A stretch of 64,000 bases of DNA from the human T2T-CHM13v2.0 reference genome, Homo sapiens: assembly GCF_009914755.1 (NCBI RefSeq), contig NC_060931.1; one strand, 5' to 3'. Positions 1-14,511 of the stretch are shown piece by piece. Under the pieces are notes generated by a model that did not search any database, had not been told where the DNA came from, and was given only the letters and a program-made list of their open reading frames with translations. The position numbers were made by a program, and so were the translations under genes. Position 1 is the first letter of the stretch. Every line of letters starts with the position of its first letter.

Positions 1-63
1 ATTATCACCTGGAAAAAGACAGAAAACAAGGCAGAAGACTGTGCAAAGAGGTTGGAATATTCA

Positions 64-416
<353 letters not shown>

Positions 417-503
417 CTATAAACGAAACTAAGGTAATCATTAAATCATCCTAAGCATTTGTATTGCCATTTTGACAGTCTTCATCTTGATCTATTAAAC
501 CAG

Positions 504-557
504 ATCTCTCTGTCTCTCTCTCTGTCTCTATCTCTATCTCTCTCTCTCTCTCTTTCT
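504..557. repeat. Imperfect (CT)n microsatellite
   Basis: Visible CT/CTGT/CTAT run. Confidence 0.85.
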
Positions 558-690
558 CAACTTTCTGGGGGAATTATAAGGAAGAGTCAGGGAACCCTAA
601 TCTGGAAGATTTATTTTATAAAATAATAGTTCATAGATTTTCCTTTAAAGAGCAAACAACTTTTTCCTTCAAAGAGCAAACAATAATTAC

Positions 691-1000
691 GGCCGGATGC
701 AGTGCCTCACGCCTGTAATCCAAGCAGTTTGGAAAGCAGAGGCAGGTGGATTGCTAGAGTCCAGGAGTTCATGACCAGCCTAGGCAATGTGGCAAAAGCC
801 TGTCTCTACAAAAAACACACAAAAAATAGCCAGGTGTGGTGGTGCACACCTGTGGTCCCAGATGTTCAGGAGGATGAAGTGACAGAATCACTTAGGCCAG
901 GGAGGCGGAGGCTGCAGTGAGCTGAGATCACACCACTGCACTCCAGCCTAGGCAACAGAGTGGGACCCTGTCCACTACCACCCAAAAAAAAGGGGGGGTG
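691..1000 (+). mobile_element. AluJ-type SINE
   Basis: Diverged Alu dimer with J-like features (GACCCTGTC end); TSD gcaaacaataatta at 676-689 and 1001-1014. Confidence 0.88.
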
Positions 1001-1289
1001 GCAAACAATAATTATTGCCACCATCATAAAAATATAAATGTTTTCATATACATAATGGATGAATAAAATGATGTTAAAAACTCAATTTAAAAAATAATTG
1101 TTACACACAGTGGGGTCTGGTTGAAAAAGAAGAGCAATTCTAAAGGTAAAGGATAATAACATGTTAGATTTGTGGATTCCATGGGGCTTCTGCTATTTAT
1201 GTCTGCCCACTGCATTTCCCATCTCCTGCTCTGTCCTTGTGTGGACTACCGGTCTCATTCCATGTGCTCTGGTAGAGTTCTCAATCCTC

Positions 1290-2245
1290 ATGACGGCAGC
1301 CCATCTAGAGCAGAGGCTGCCATGACACCAGCTTCAGTGGAGGATGTGTTTCCAGGACTGCGCTCTCCACAGAGCTGGCAGGAGCTGGAAGCAGCCAGAA
1401 GCCCCGCCCTTCCAGGCACAGCTGCAGCCACCCAAGTGGCGGCTCCAAACCCAGGCATTTCTGCACTCTTGGAGGCCAGGAAAGGCCCCCTGTCTCTGCA
1501 GGCTCAGAGGTGCCTGCTGTCACTGCCTCGCCTCTCCTTGCTCCCTGCACTTGCTCCGATCTTGGAGTGGAGTTGAGGCCTAGCCCGGGTGCTGTCACAA
1601 TCAGGCTGAGTGTGCACACAATAAGGGCAGCACTGACATACCAGCACCCTGCTGCCTCAGCCCCCTCCAGGCTTTGGGTGCCAATGAGCATGGGAGGGAG
1701 GCTGAGTGGGGCCTGAAGGCAGCTTGGTGCTGGCCTGCAGGCACCCCACAGCACAAACAGCCTGGGTGCCATGAACTGTGGCAGGAGGCAGACGCGCTCC
1801 TGAGTGGAAGGGGGTGGGTCCCTAGCAAGGCCCCACCTTCAAGCTGGGGAGGGCCTGAAGCCCTCCAGGGGCCAGGCTGCTGGTCGTGCAAACCAGAATG
1901 GGAACTTGTGGTACCTTCCAGCCCTGCCTATGGCCACCCTTGGACAAACTGGTGCACACTTCCTCCCCTCTGAGGCCCACAAGAACCCCAGACTCACCCA
2001 GACTCAAGAAATCGATGGAACCACTAGCTGTAGGGAGGAGTTACCCATTCCAGGCTCTCCTCTCTGCTGAGAGCTAAAGAGATGACAGTATGACCAGTTG
2101 TGGAGAGGAGCTACCCACACCAGAGTCTCCTATCTAATGAGCGCTGAACATTTGAAGGAATGACCTGCCTGCGGAGAGCTATCCAACGTGGGTCTCCTCG
2201 GAGCTGTTCTGTTGCTCAATAAAGTTCCTCTTTGCCTTGTTCATG
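1290..2245 (+). mobile_element. ERV1 LTR fragment, MER52-like
   Basis: TGACGGCAGC...GCTGCCATGACACCAGCT start, GC-rich body, repeated GAGGAGCTACCCAC/CTCCTCTCTGCTGAGAGCT units, CAATAAAG poly(A) signal near 2217; 3' end missing. Confidence 0.7.
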
Positions 2246-2302
2246 TGACAGTCCTACAAATGTACCCCCTGTATCTAAGATAAAAGGTGATTTAAAAAAA
2301 TA
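2244..2302 (+). mobile_element. Extreme 3' end fragment of an old L1PA/L1PB
   Basis: ATGTACCCCCTGTATCTAAGATAAAAGGTGATTTAAAAAAA resembles an L1 3' terminus. Confidence 0.55.
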
Positions 2303-2686
2303 AGACCCAAGTCACATGAATAGTGAAGAGCTATAAGTATTCATACATTTCTAATGTAAAATATATGATGGTTAACTTTGGTAAACTTGAGGGTAGAAAT
2401 ATATTTTTAATACACAATAAATCAATTAAATAGGCAGGTAATGATTTTATCTTGAAAAAAATTATAAAACTTCATCATCTGTTCCCTTTTACTATCCAGT
2501 CCCTTCCAAGGGTATCTTCTCTTGCTTATTTAGAAAATCTGTGTGAAACACTCAAAACAAATTTCATGTTTATATCTTACTAAAATTAGAGAAATAAAAT
2601 CAATCACTTTGAGTCCTTCTATGCTTTAATTAAATGTATCCTCTTAGCAAATTTGTTTTTAATCCAGTGAATGAATGACAAAGTAA

Positions 2687-3108
<422 letters not shown>

Positions 3109-4756
3109 TAGTACATACTGTGTAGATTATCCAGAGCTCCATAACCATGTAAAAAAAAAAAAGAGAGAGAGATAGAGATTAAAGTAGAACATTCAAAATA
3201 CAGCCACAGGCCAGATCTGGCTCAAAGACTTGTTTTGTTTGACACATACCAGCGCAGCAAAATTGTTTTCTGATGAAATGCTTACATGTATAAATGAAAA
3301 ACTTCACAGAAAAACTCCAAACTTAAGTCTCCTCCTTAGAAAGAAAAACAAAAATCAAAAACCAGTTCTTGCAAAACTATGCCCTCATTCCCACATATCA
3401 CCGCAATCTACATACTTTAAACTGTGAATTCAGATACCAGTTTGCCATAGTACCCATCACTCCTTATATTTACCATTGGTTAAAAGTGTCAATGGTTGCA
3501 ACCACACAGAGACATTATATATGTACAAGAAAAAAACAAAAACAAAAATAGAAGTACTCTTTCCTAAGCACTGTAAGTACTTTCCAGATCATCTACATGA
3601 GCCATTCTATTCATTGGTGAGCCTCCCATGCATACTTATGATCATACCCTTCTGCCTGAAGAAGTGTCTTACTCAGAATCAAAAAGTTGCTAAGTAACAG
3701 TATTACACTCGAATCTGAATCTGACCCAAAATCCAATGTTTTTCCAGCTTCTGCACAGTTAATACAGCTAGCAAATAAGTAACAATTATTTTTCCCAAAC
3801 AAGAATCATGAAGATATTCTAGCCTATTTGAATATAGCTACTTTTATATTACAAGATCAAATTTACTACACATAACAGGCAAAACATGGAAGGCACCCAT
3901 TTAGTCTAATTTCAAAAAAGATATACATTCTCTCCTTCCTGAATTTTGTCTTATTTCTTTCAATAATAAAAGAAAGGTTAGATACAAAAAGTATCAGATC
4001 ACCCACAAATAGGCACTTAAAAAAGAAAAGTATGTCAATCATTGGGTAAGCTTTAGAAGGAAACTGTGGCAAAACATTAATTTTCTCCTCTTTCAGAAAC
4101 TTCTTTGCTCAAATTCTACTTTCATTCTTTCTAATATAAACCTGAGGCTGGCTCTTACACAAAACTGTTGAAGTCATTCTTTTGTTCCTTCTTCATTTCT
4201 CATCTGTAAATGTGCTCATCAACTTGTCAACCAGGCTGTTAGAATTTGTATTTAATCTTCACATTCCCTCTCAGCTAAAATTTTCTCCCATTCTTTAATC
4301 ATTTCCTATCTTGATTACTATAATTTCTCTTTTATTGTCCTCTTGAAATTCATACTTGTTAAGTCATGTATGGCCAGAATATATACTAAAATAACATTTC
4401 CTTCCAACTGTCTTTCTCTTCACAAATACATCTTCATTCTCTCTTGGAAAATTCCAATTTGCCTTTGGATCATTCCAGATACCTCACCGTAATTATCTTC
4501 TCTGTCACTAGAGTATGGAGTCACATACATCACCAATTTTGTCATCTCACTTTCCTTTGAGGAGGTCCCAAGTAGATATTCATTGAGATAGTCTCTTCTC
4601 AAGAGCACTGTTTTAAAATGTTCCCTGTCAAGCTGGATAGCAAGAAACAGATGAAGGATTAACTATATCAGTATTTTATTTCTTTCCTAGAAAAAGAGGG
4701 AATAGTTCAAGATACATTCCACATCTTAAACTTGCTTTGAATTTTAGTTTTGGAAT

Positions 4757-5037
4757 ATATTTTTATCACAAATTGTCAATTTATGACTGCATAAATTTAT
4801 GGCGTACAAAGTGATGTTATGATTTATGAATACAATGTAGAATAATAAAGTCAAGCTTGTTAACACATCCATCACCTCAAATATTTCCATTGTTTTGTGG
4901 AGAGAACATCTGAAATTTATTCTCTTAGCAATTTTAAAATGTACAGTACTCTATTATTAATTATATTCACCACACTGTGCAATAGAACTAAAAAGAAATA
5001 CCATATTCCTCCTGTCTACCTGAATTTTGTACCCTTA
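4757..5037 (-). mobile_element. L1MA-type 3' end fragment
   Basis: Characteristic reverse-strand L1MA 3'UTR text (CATCCATCACCTCAAATA, TCTCTTAGCAATTTT, TTTTGTACCCTT). Confidence 0.75.
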
Positions 5038-5442
5038 AAGTGGAATTTTCAAATAAATGGTTTCTCAGATTCTAACATTTTTGGCAAAAGATGAGACATC
5101 CAATTATATCATATGAGGCACTAACAAATGCAAATAGACTACCCATATAATCAAAAGAATAACATTTAAGGCAATAAGCCCTTCAACTTCAGAAGGCTTG
5201 GCTTTATGACTATATTCAGTCAATCACATAACCATTTTGAAGTCTTGCAGTGGATAAAATAACACCTTTGAAGGGTGGGGGAAAAGAAAAAGAGACATTT
5301 TATCAAATGCATGCAAGTGATTTTGCCCATATAAATACTTGAAATAAAACCCTAAATGGCACATTTTAATTTTCCCTTTGGAATTTTCTGGAAAAAAAAT
5401 TGCCAGTGTAAATTCTTATCAAAGACATTCCTCATCTTCTGA

Positions 5443-5462
5443 TCTCTCTCTCTCTCCCTCCG

Positions 5463-5520
<58 letters not shown>
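5443..5520. repeat. Compound (CT)n(CA)n microsatellite
   Basis: Directly visible. Confidence 0.95.
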
Positions 5521-5523
<3 letters not shown>

Positions 5524-7649
5524 ATGCAGTGGAGTTAAAATGTTCCTGGTTAGGAATATTTTTCTCTGTTCTGCAATCTGTAGTAATTCTTTATCTTAAA
5601 GCTAGCTCTCCTTTTGGTGTTAGAATGGTGGCCAGGAGCCTAGCAGAATAGAAGGAGAATCAATTCAAGAAACTCTCCCAGTGAGAATAAAGGAAGACCT
5701 GTCCAGGGAGGCACCAGCACTACTCCTAATATCAGTCCGCTTAAGTGGGTACCTGACCCTTTTCACATGAAACAAGAAGTGGTAAGAAAGATGGTGTTCA
5801 CCTTAGACTAATAAAGCCCACTCATGGAGCTTGGATTAGGGTCAGCTTCTCCTGAAGCATTTAGCCTACAGCAGAGCAGAGTAGCTACATGAAGAAACTA
5901 GGATATACTGTAAGCAAAGGAATAAAGGGATATCAATGCTGAGTACAGCTAATAACGTCCGTTGAGTCAGAAAGAGAATTGTGACAGAATTATCCAATCT
6001 CCTTTACTTTATCTTTTATAAACAATAACAAAACTAGTATATTTTATATTCTGATTAGAAGCAAATTACAATAGTTTCAGGTAATCCTTTACCTCAAAAT
6101 TATGATACTAAACAATAATCAATATGAATGAAATTCTAATACAAGGAAGAAAAACTGCCTGACATGAAATAACTATCAATCATCTTCCCTATATATTCTA
6201 GAAATCTTATTTTTAATATAAAAATTAAGTTTAGTATTTTTGGCAAGATTAGATCTCTACTATGAATTGAAAGTCTTCGGTATCTCTCTGGAGGTGGGTG
6301 TTAGAATCAACAGGAGCAGTATTTTCATGTTCTTCACTTTTCTTTTCAAAATAATGAGCTACGGAAAATGCTATTGCCTTTTTGTGCTTTCATAAGAAGT
6401 AAAAATCAAAGGATTCTATGATGGACAGAAAATTTGAATCCTAAGGAAAATAATAAAATCTTCTCTCTTTATTCACTCTTTCCCTATATATGAATTGTTT
6501 AGCTTAGCATTTATGGTCTTAGTAAACAAATAGCAAAATATAAACAAGTGTCCCAAGTATCTGCTCTGTTCTGAAGTTTTCTTATGCAAGACATCACCAG
6601 ACCTGGTAAACCAAGGTTTTACAAGTCTTACCAATTTCTGTGCACTTCCTTTTAAACTTTTCAATTCTTATAAATGTCATATTTCTTATGAAAATTAATG
6701 TCTTCCTCCTGAAAGAGCTGCAAATAAAGAATGCATGTACCTATGCTATTATGTTGTATCGCCTACATTTAATAAAACACAAGTGGAAACTTTCACCATA
6801 TTTTCAAAAGTTTTATCAGTTTTTTTTTTCCCATTACAATGTTAAAGAGAAATGCACCAATAAACCCCAGGCAACGTAAATAAAACGTTCCCCATATGAT
6901 CTTAAAAGAAATCACAGAAATATCCAAGGCTATACACTCAGCTAGATCTAAAATATTTTCGTTAACCTAAAGACAGTTGTGAAAGTCTCGAGATGGGAGA
7001 ACTCCAATTAACCTAGTTCATTACCAATAAGGCTTTAATTCAGTCAGGTACTAAAATAGTTGTTTTTTCTGATTAATTATTTCAGGCTGACCAGTTATAG
7101 GCCAGGGCTACGTACATCAATGTCACTCACTTGGTTAGAAATGACATCAGTGGAAATTACTTTCCCCATGAACAGTTCTGATATCTGAGCCCCTGACTAC
7201 AGCCAGTTATTACAAAAGTATAATAAATCTTGAAAATCAAGGGCCTGCCTCTTCTAATACAAAATAATAAATACTTTTCTTAAAATCCCAGAGTTCTGCT
7301 TAAAATATGAAATAACAAATACATCCACAACTTAGAATATCTATACAAGATCAAAATTCATCTATGTTGAGCCACTAAAACTTGTGAAGGAGTGAAAACA
7401 GGGCATGAAATAGAGGTATTAAGCTAGAAAGAAAAAGACTACGTGGCTAACAAAATCAACTATTGATGTATGTTATACTATTTGGGTTTAGCTGTTTAGC
7501 TGTTAACCATCACAAGTTATTTTTACATGGAAATTTCTAACTTACTCTACTTTGAAATGCCAAATTACTAAAAAATTTTAAAAGCCTCTTTTTGAAATCT
7601 AGAATAATGACCCAAATACAGTAAAGTCATAACTTTTTTTCTTTGTTTG

Positions 7650-7820
7650 AGGCACTATTTCTAAAAGTGTAATCCTAAGACCACCTGTGATGATCAATAT
7701 GCTGATGTTCAGACTGTTCCCAAGACCTAATAAACCAGAATCTCTGGAAATAAGGCCTAGGACCCTAAATTTTAAACAAATAATGCAGGTATTAATATTT
7801 CTGCATTGGTTTGAGCTATT
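7650..7820. mobile_element. MER5-like hAT MITE, degenerate
   Basis: TTCTAAAAGTGTAATCC...CAGAATCTCTGG...GGCCTAGG...TTTTAAACAA pattern. Confidence 0.5.
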
Positions 7821-8424
7821 GTATTTGCCAGTGGATAAATTTTAAGTAAACAGGGCTAGCTAAACATAAAAATTAGCTCTAATGATATCATAAAATTAAT
7901 TCACATATTATTCAAATTAAGTGAGTCTCTATTTTTGCTTACATATTTTATTATGATTTCTTAGGATGCATTATCTTATGAAATAATGAAATCACATCTA
8001 ATTTAATATGGCTGTCTTTTTGCCTTAGCTGTCAGTATTCTATGATCTCAAATCACTGTTTGGTTGAATCAAATTCAACTGCAATAATTAAACAGTACCA
8101 CTAATTTTTTTGGTCTATAAAACAAGAAATTAATCATGTTTTTTTACCTTTGTTAACCTGTTTCTATTGTGTTTAATCTGAAAAGCTTTTTCAATAAATT
8201 AATGGAAGTAAATGAGGTATCCATAAGCAAGAAAGTGATCTTAGAGTAGTGATAGAATGATTCAAGCAATGGGAATATTATTTTAACTTCTTTTATCAGA
8301 AGCCAATAAGTAGCTAGTGGAAAAAGAAATTTCACAAAATAAATTTGGAACCTAATTCTCAGACTACGAATTTATGCTCACACTATTTCTCCAAGCTCCA
8401 CTATAGAATTATGTCACTTATCTA

Positions 8425-8471
8425 CTAGGTTAGTGCAAAAGTAATTGCAATGTTTGCCATTTGAAACCTAA
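8425..8471. mobile_element. MADE1 (Hsmar1-derived MITE), collapsed
   Basis: TAGGTTAGTGCAAAAGTAATTGCAATGTTTGCCATT terminal inverted repeat followed by AACCTAA; TA dinucleotide on both sides. Confidence 0.8.
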
Positions 8472-8907
8472 TATTACATTTTTCCAGGTACTGTTAAAGA
8501 ACAAACCACTTACCACACCCTATTCCCACCATATTAAAACAGCATAGGCTCACAAAGGAAAAAAATGAAATCAGTTTCAAAGTCAGAGCTGAGCTTCTAC
8601 TTATAATTCCTTTACATGTATTATAAAGTAAAATATTTTATAGGTATTATACGATATAAAAGATGAAGAATAAAACATTGTTTGGTTACCAGACAAAAAA
8701 ATAAATCCTATAAAGCAAGTTCAGATTTTAAAACAAATCAGATGGTGTTTCTGAATATGTAAAATAAATTTCTTTAAAAGATTTGGAGGCATAAAAGCTA
8801 GATTTAATTGCAGATTTAAAAGATGGTTTAATATCAGAAAATTTATTATATTAAATGCAAGAAAAATAATTGTTAAATTAAATATTCATTTGAGATAAAA
8901 AGTTTTC

Positions 8908-9473
8908 TGTATTACTCAGGCTTCTCCAGAGAAACATGATGGATGGATGGATGGATGGATGGATGGATGGATGGATGGATGGATACAGAGGGAGAGAGAG
9001 AGAAGACAGACAGAGACTGATAGATATACACACACATATATTTACTGTAAGGTATAGGCTCAAGTGATCATGGAAGTAAAGTCCCATAATTTTCCAACTG
9101 AAAGCTGGAGCCTCAGGAAAGACAGTGATGTAGTCTGAAGACCTGAGAACCAGAGAGCCAATGGTATAGATTCCAGTATGAGTCTGAAGGCCTGAGAACC
9201 AGGGGAACCGAGGGCAAGAGATGAGTGCTACAGTTCAACGGTTAGGCAGAGAATGAACTCAGCTTTCCTCCATCTTTTTGTTCTATTCAGGCCCTCAATA
9301 GATTGGATGATGTCCACCCACATTGGAAAGGGCCATTTGCTTACTGAGTTCACCATTTTAAACGCTAATCTCTTCGAGAAACACCCTCACAGAAACAACC
9401 TAAAATAATGTTTAACCAGATATCTGAGCATCCTGTTGCCTAGTCAAGTTGACACATAAAATTAACCACCACA
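8908..9473 (-). mobile_element. MLT2-type ERVL solo LTR
   Basis: TGTATTACTCAGGCTTCTCCAGAGAAAC ... GTTGACACATAAAATTAACCACCACA termini (TG...CA). Confidence 0.85.
8938..8984. repeat. (GGAT)n tetranucleotide repeat inside MLT2
   Basis: Directly visible. Confidence 0.95.
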
Positions 9474-9479
9474 CCTTCA

Positions 9480-11770
9480 CAAACAAGGAGTAAAGGAAGC
9501 ATCTCTACCCAAATACAGAGTAATGTAGAGTATCTCTTAAGAGCTTACAGCATATATCACAAACTAAAATTTTAGTCACATTACCATTAACATAAAAACA
9601 AAAAGATATATATCTATTCCGCTGCTTCTCTCATACTGCTCTAGAGATAATAGTCAATATCACAAGACTACTTGAAAAATTTTAAAAATATGTATTAGAA
9701 AGCATTACCCATATCTGTACGTTATGACTGCCAAAATAGAAAATTTTAATGGATTCTGTAGCAAATTATTAGAAGATTTCAAAAGTAGCTTGTTTTAAGA
9801 CTAGCAAACAAAAACTACAGACTTCCTATAGACAAGTAACAAGCATTTCAATACTGAAACAGAGAGAGAGAGAGCAAGAGAGAGAGAGATAACGTGAGCC
9901 TATACACACTAGCAACAATAAAAACATACGGTACACAGGGGAAAATGTGTATAATCACATTACGGGGAAAATTATAAAACCTTAGCTCTATGTAATGAAA
10001 AGTAATTCCATGTTCACATGTGGGAAAAAAATATAAATACAGCAAATTTGTGGCAATTAATAGATCAATTTGAAGTCATTCCATAGAGTTTTTCATAGAA
10101 GTTGATAGTGTAATCTTGAAATTCATATATAAGGCCAAAGAGCCAAGAATAACAATGATAACTATGAAAAGATAGTACAAGGTAGAAAAACGTCTCCTGC
10201 CAGATACTGAAACTATCATTATTAGAATAGCATAGCATTAGGCCAAAGACACGCAGCTAGACTAAAACGACAGAACAAAGAGCAGAGAAACAGATCCATG
10301 CCAGCATGGACATGAAATATCAAAGAGATGGCATCACAGTCAGCAGGGGGATGATGGGGGAAAAGTAAATCCCTACCCAAGACTAATTACAAAGTAAATG
10401 GGGATTTACTTTTTTCTTGTCTTCCCCCACCGATGTATAATGCCACCACTAATTCCTGATTATAATGCCACCTCAATTTCTGACAGGTAAGACCTAACTG
10501 TGAAAAGCAAGATGTGTAGATATATTAGAGGTATAATGCCGCCTCTAATTCCTGATCTGTAATCCTACCTCAATTCCTGATTGATTAGACCTAATGTGAA
10601 AAGTAAAATATAGAAAAATATATCTTTATAACACAAGAGTAAGAAAATTCCTAAACAAGAAAAATACCTATGCCTAACAAAACAAAAAAACTCTGCCACA
10701 TAGAAATTAAAATTTTTGTACAAAAAAAACACATGAGCAAAATTAAGATAAGCCACAGACGAGATATTTTCAAGACTTATGACAAACAGATGATTATTAT
10801 CCAGAATATAAAAGGACACCTACACATCAACAGTATTTTTTTTTTAAAGCTTAATGACCAAAAAGAAAAATGAGTAGGATAGAAACAAACATTTCACAGA
10901 GGGAAAATAGTCAATATGCATATGAAAAGATGTTCAGCCTCAGTAGTAATCAGGGAGATGTGCAATAAAACTTCAAGGAGATGATATTTGGATATATTAA
11001 AATTTACAATCGAACAATACCAAGTTTTATGAGGTGAGCTGAAAATGAAACATTCTTATATAAGAACGTCAGTGAGTAAGGAATGTATAAGTGTATAAAA
11101 TAGCAAAACTACTTTTGAAAATAAGCTGACAATATTTAGTAAATTAAAGAAATGTATACCAAAGACCTGGCAATTCCACTTCTAGTTATATGCCCTAAAA
11201 AATCTGTTGTCCATGTGGATAGGGAAGTATACATAACAATGTCCTGATATCGGTACATATAGCAAGAATTGAAAAGAACCTACACAGCCATCAATAGTAC
11301 AACAGATACATGAATTATGGCATACTCACTAAAAAATACTACACATTGTATACCTACATCAGAGTTACATATATAAATATGAATGATCTCAAAAGCAACA
11401 TTGAAGAAAAAAACTGTTGCAAAATGACATAGAATGATACCAAATTTTATACACTATTAAAACATGAAAAACACTATATATATTTATCAATACAAATATA
11501 TGTATCAAAATATAAAAATATGCATTATGGAAAAATGATCAGTAAATTCAGAATGATAATTAACTCTTGGTAGTGATGGACACAGCCTCACGACAAGGTA
11601 TACAGTAAGTTTTAATTATTTTTGTAATATTTTTTCTTTAAGAAAGGCAGAGCTAGAAAAATGTTAAAATACGATAAAACTGGATGCTGCAAACATGGAT
11701 ATATGTTATTATTCTCTATCATTTGCAGTGTTTTAAAAATATTTTCTAACAAATTAAGAAAAATTATTTT
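9480..11770 (+). mobile_element. Ancient L1M (L1ME-like) ORF2 3' part and 3'UTR, degenerate
   Basis: Eroded L1 motifs: ATGAAAAGATGTTCAGCCTCAGTAGTAATCAGGGAGATG, GCAATTCCACTTCTAG, CCATCAATAGTAC; A-rich. Confidence 0.7.
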
Positions 11771-12394
11771 TTAAAGTCTAATTAAGCACAATGAACTCTA
11801 GGAAGTGTTCAATCCTCTTGGCCAGAAAGGAATACCACAAAGAAATAAAATAATGTTTAATTAATTGTTATAATATGCAACCATCTTTGCTATTGTAAAC
11901 TCTTCAAAACCCTTTTTCATTAATTCACACCACGTATGTCAGCCTTTTGTATTACTAATCCTAGCATATGATTATAGATTAGTCAGTCTACTTTGTAACA
12001 TGCTTAATTACCCAGCAAATCTCCATTCTCTGTATTGTTTTGCCTTATATTGGCTATAGGGTATATTTAACTGTTTCCTGCAGTTCTTCTTGCAGCTGAA
12101 AATTTCATACCTGGGTTGGCTGATATTTATTAAGTTTAAAAGAAAGTAACCTTCATGGTTACAACAGAATTGTGAGCAGTATCAGGCCTTCGCTGAGACC
12201 ATAGCTCCTATGTGTAGCTTCCATTTCTTCAGTTACACAATATTTTTATCTAAGTCAACAGCCTGTGCAGGCATCTTATGATATGAAATGATAAGAGAAA
12301 CCAGCTACATAGACTAGGGAAAAAATATGGAATGCCTTTTAAATTGTTACAAGAAAAGAAAGAACACTATACACAAGAGGAAACTGAATATAGA

Positions 12395-12580
12395 AAACAG
12401 AGCATCTCAATTCTGTTCTGCCACTCACTGTGTGGCCTTAGACCTTAGGCAACCCACTTCCCCCTCTCTCAACCTGGGTTTACTCGTGGAGATAATGACA
12501 CTGCCCTGCAAATCTCACAGGACTGGTGTGATGGCCAAAAGAGATGATGCATGAGGAAGTGCTTTGTGAACTGAAATGCA
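12395..12580 (+). mobile_element. MIR SINE
   Basis: TCTGCCACTCACTGTGTGGCCTT...CTCACAGGACTGGTGTGA...GTGCTTTG MIR core. Confidence 0.65.
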
Positions 12581-12979
12581 TTTCAGAACCACAAGTGAGA
12601 ATGTCATTATTCTGACCCTTTCAGAACTAAAGAGTATACTGGTAAAATGAATATACTAAAATTCTTTGAAACAAATAGATTAAGGAAAATTAACTTAATG
12701 GCCTCAGCAAATGATGGTTTGTACATGTGTGAGTCTATCTGTCACAGGAAAATTTCCATGAAAATATAAACACCTGCTAATGACATTTTAGAGAGGAACC
12801 CTGTTAAAAGTAGAAGTATCTAAGGAAGTTGAAGAAAGGTGTTTTAAATACCATCTTCCAAAATTACTCAAGTAGTAAACTAAATGATGATTGCAATTTG
12901 TGTGCAAAGACTAAGGTAGATACTTGGTGACAGAGGGTGACAAGATGCAGAATACTGTGTGTTGCTGTTTTCTTTAAAG

Positions 12980-14030
12980 CAGTGGCTCTTAAAGTGAACT
13001 CAATGGACTCCTGAGATCCATGAGAACCTTTCAGGAGTTCATGAGGGCAAAATTATTTTCATAATGATATTAAAATGTTATTTACCCTTTTTGATATGTT
13101 AATATTTTCACAGATGATATGAAAGCACTGGTGGGAGAACTGCTAGCAGCTTAGCATAAATCAAAGCCTTGGCACCAAACTTTACTGAGTCATTGTACTC
13201 TTCACTGCCATGCACTGTCATTAAAGCAAGCAAAGTCTGTTTTATTTAAGAATGTCTTCGATGAAGGAGTAAAAATCTTAGTTCCATTATATCTCAAATT
13301 AAATGTGTTTTATTATTCTGTGTGGTGAAATGGCAAATACACATAAAGCACTCACTGCAACTAGAGTACAATGGTTGTTTAAGGAACAGCACTCCTGGTT
13401 GTTTCCGTTGCAAGCTGAACTAGCCACTTTTTTCCACCAAACACTTTTTACTTAAAGGGACAACTGACAGATAAGCTATTATTATTTAGACTTGGATTTT
13501 TGGCAGACATTTTCACAAAAATGGACAAAGTTAATCTGTCACTTCAAGGAAAACAACTGACAGTATTCATTACCAATGATAACATTAAAGCTTTCAAGCA
13601 AAAAGTAGAAGTTTGAAAAACTTACATCTGTCACTGTGACAGTTATAAGAAAGCCTTATATTGCCACTGTAAGAGCTTACTAATATCATGACTTTTCTGA
13701 TGCAGCAGTAGTAATATTAATAAATGGGATTTGTTTATGCTGTATAATAAAATGCATAAACATTTGGAAGATATATAACCCAATGAATCTATATTTTCCA
13801 AATGACCAATACATGCATGGGTAAAAGATTTATTCAAGGTGCAAGATAAACCAATGGATTTTGGAGTGAGAAAATACAAAAAGTTCATTGATATGGCATC
13901 AGATTCCACACTGTAAATAGTCTATAGGAAAGTACTACTTATTGAGTTTTGGTATAATATCAATATAATATCAAAGAAGAATGTCACAATTATCCATCAA
14001 AAGTGCTATAAAATACTCATCCCTTTTCCA
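12980..14030 (+). mobile_element. Charlie1-family hAT DNA transposon fossil
   Basis: CAGTGGCTCTTAAAGTG terminal repeat, then transposase remnant (GGCACCAAAC...CATTGTACTCTTCACTGCCATGCAC; TTTGGCAGACATTTTC). Confidence 0.8.
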
Positions 14031-14511
14031 GTCAAAATGGTGAGATAGAGCCAAAAAAAAAAAAAAAAAAGAATGGGTGGTTAAGTGGAGTGATGGAGTG
14101 CAAAGTAAATTATCCAATTCCATCACATGGTTCCTTAAGAAGACTTGTGCACATTACAATACATATTCTGACTTGCATGTTGTTTCAGTGTGATTTTGCT
14201 TCCAAAAGATAAGACTTGTTAAGTGTTCTTATGCCCTCAGGCTACTATAGTCACTTTATATATCCCCCTAACTGGGGATAAGCATCTCCCCTCCTGTACC
14301 CCTTTATCATCCTTAGGCAGTGGCTGGTAGGGATGGAAGTATGAACATCTACCTCATTTAATTTGGGTTTGAACAGACAAATAATTCATACTCCAGAGCT
14401 CTCATGAAGGTTTAGACTAAAGCTATCCTTGAAAAGACTTTGCCTAAAATCATACCTCTTCTTCCCCATTCCCTTTTTTTCCCATTCTGTCACTCCCTAA
14501 TTGATTACTCC

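Noticed and set aside
1172-2077. Cluster of overlapping 60-155 aa ORFs on both strands
   Set aside because: They lie in a GC-rich LTR where stops are rare; no recognisable protein
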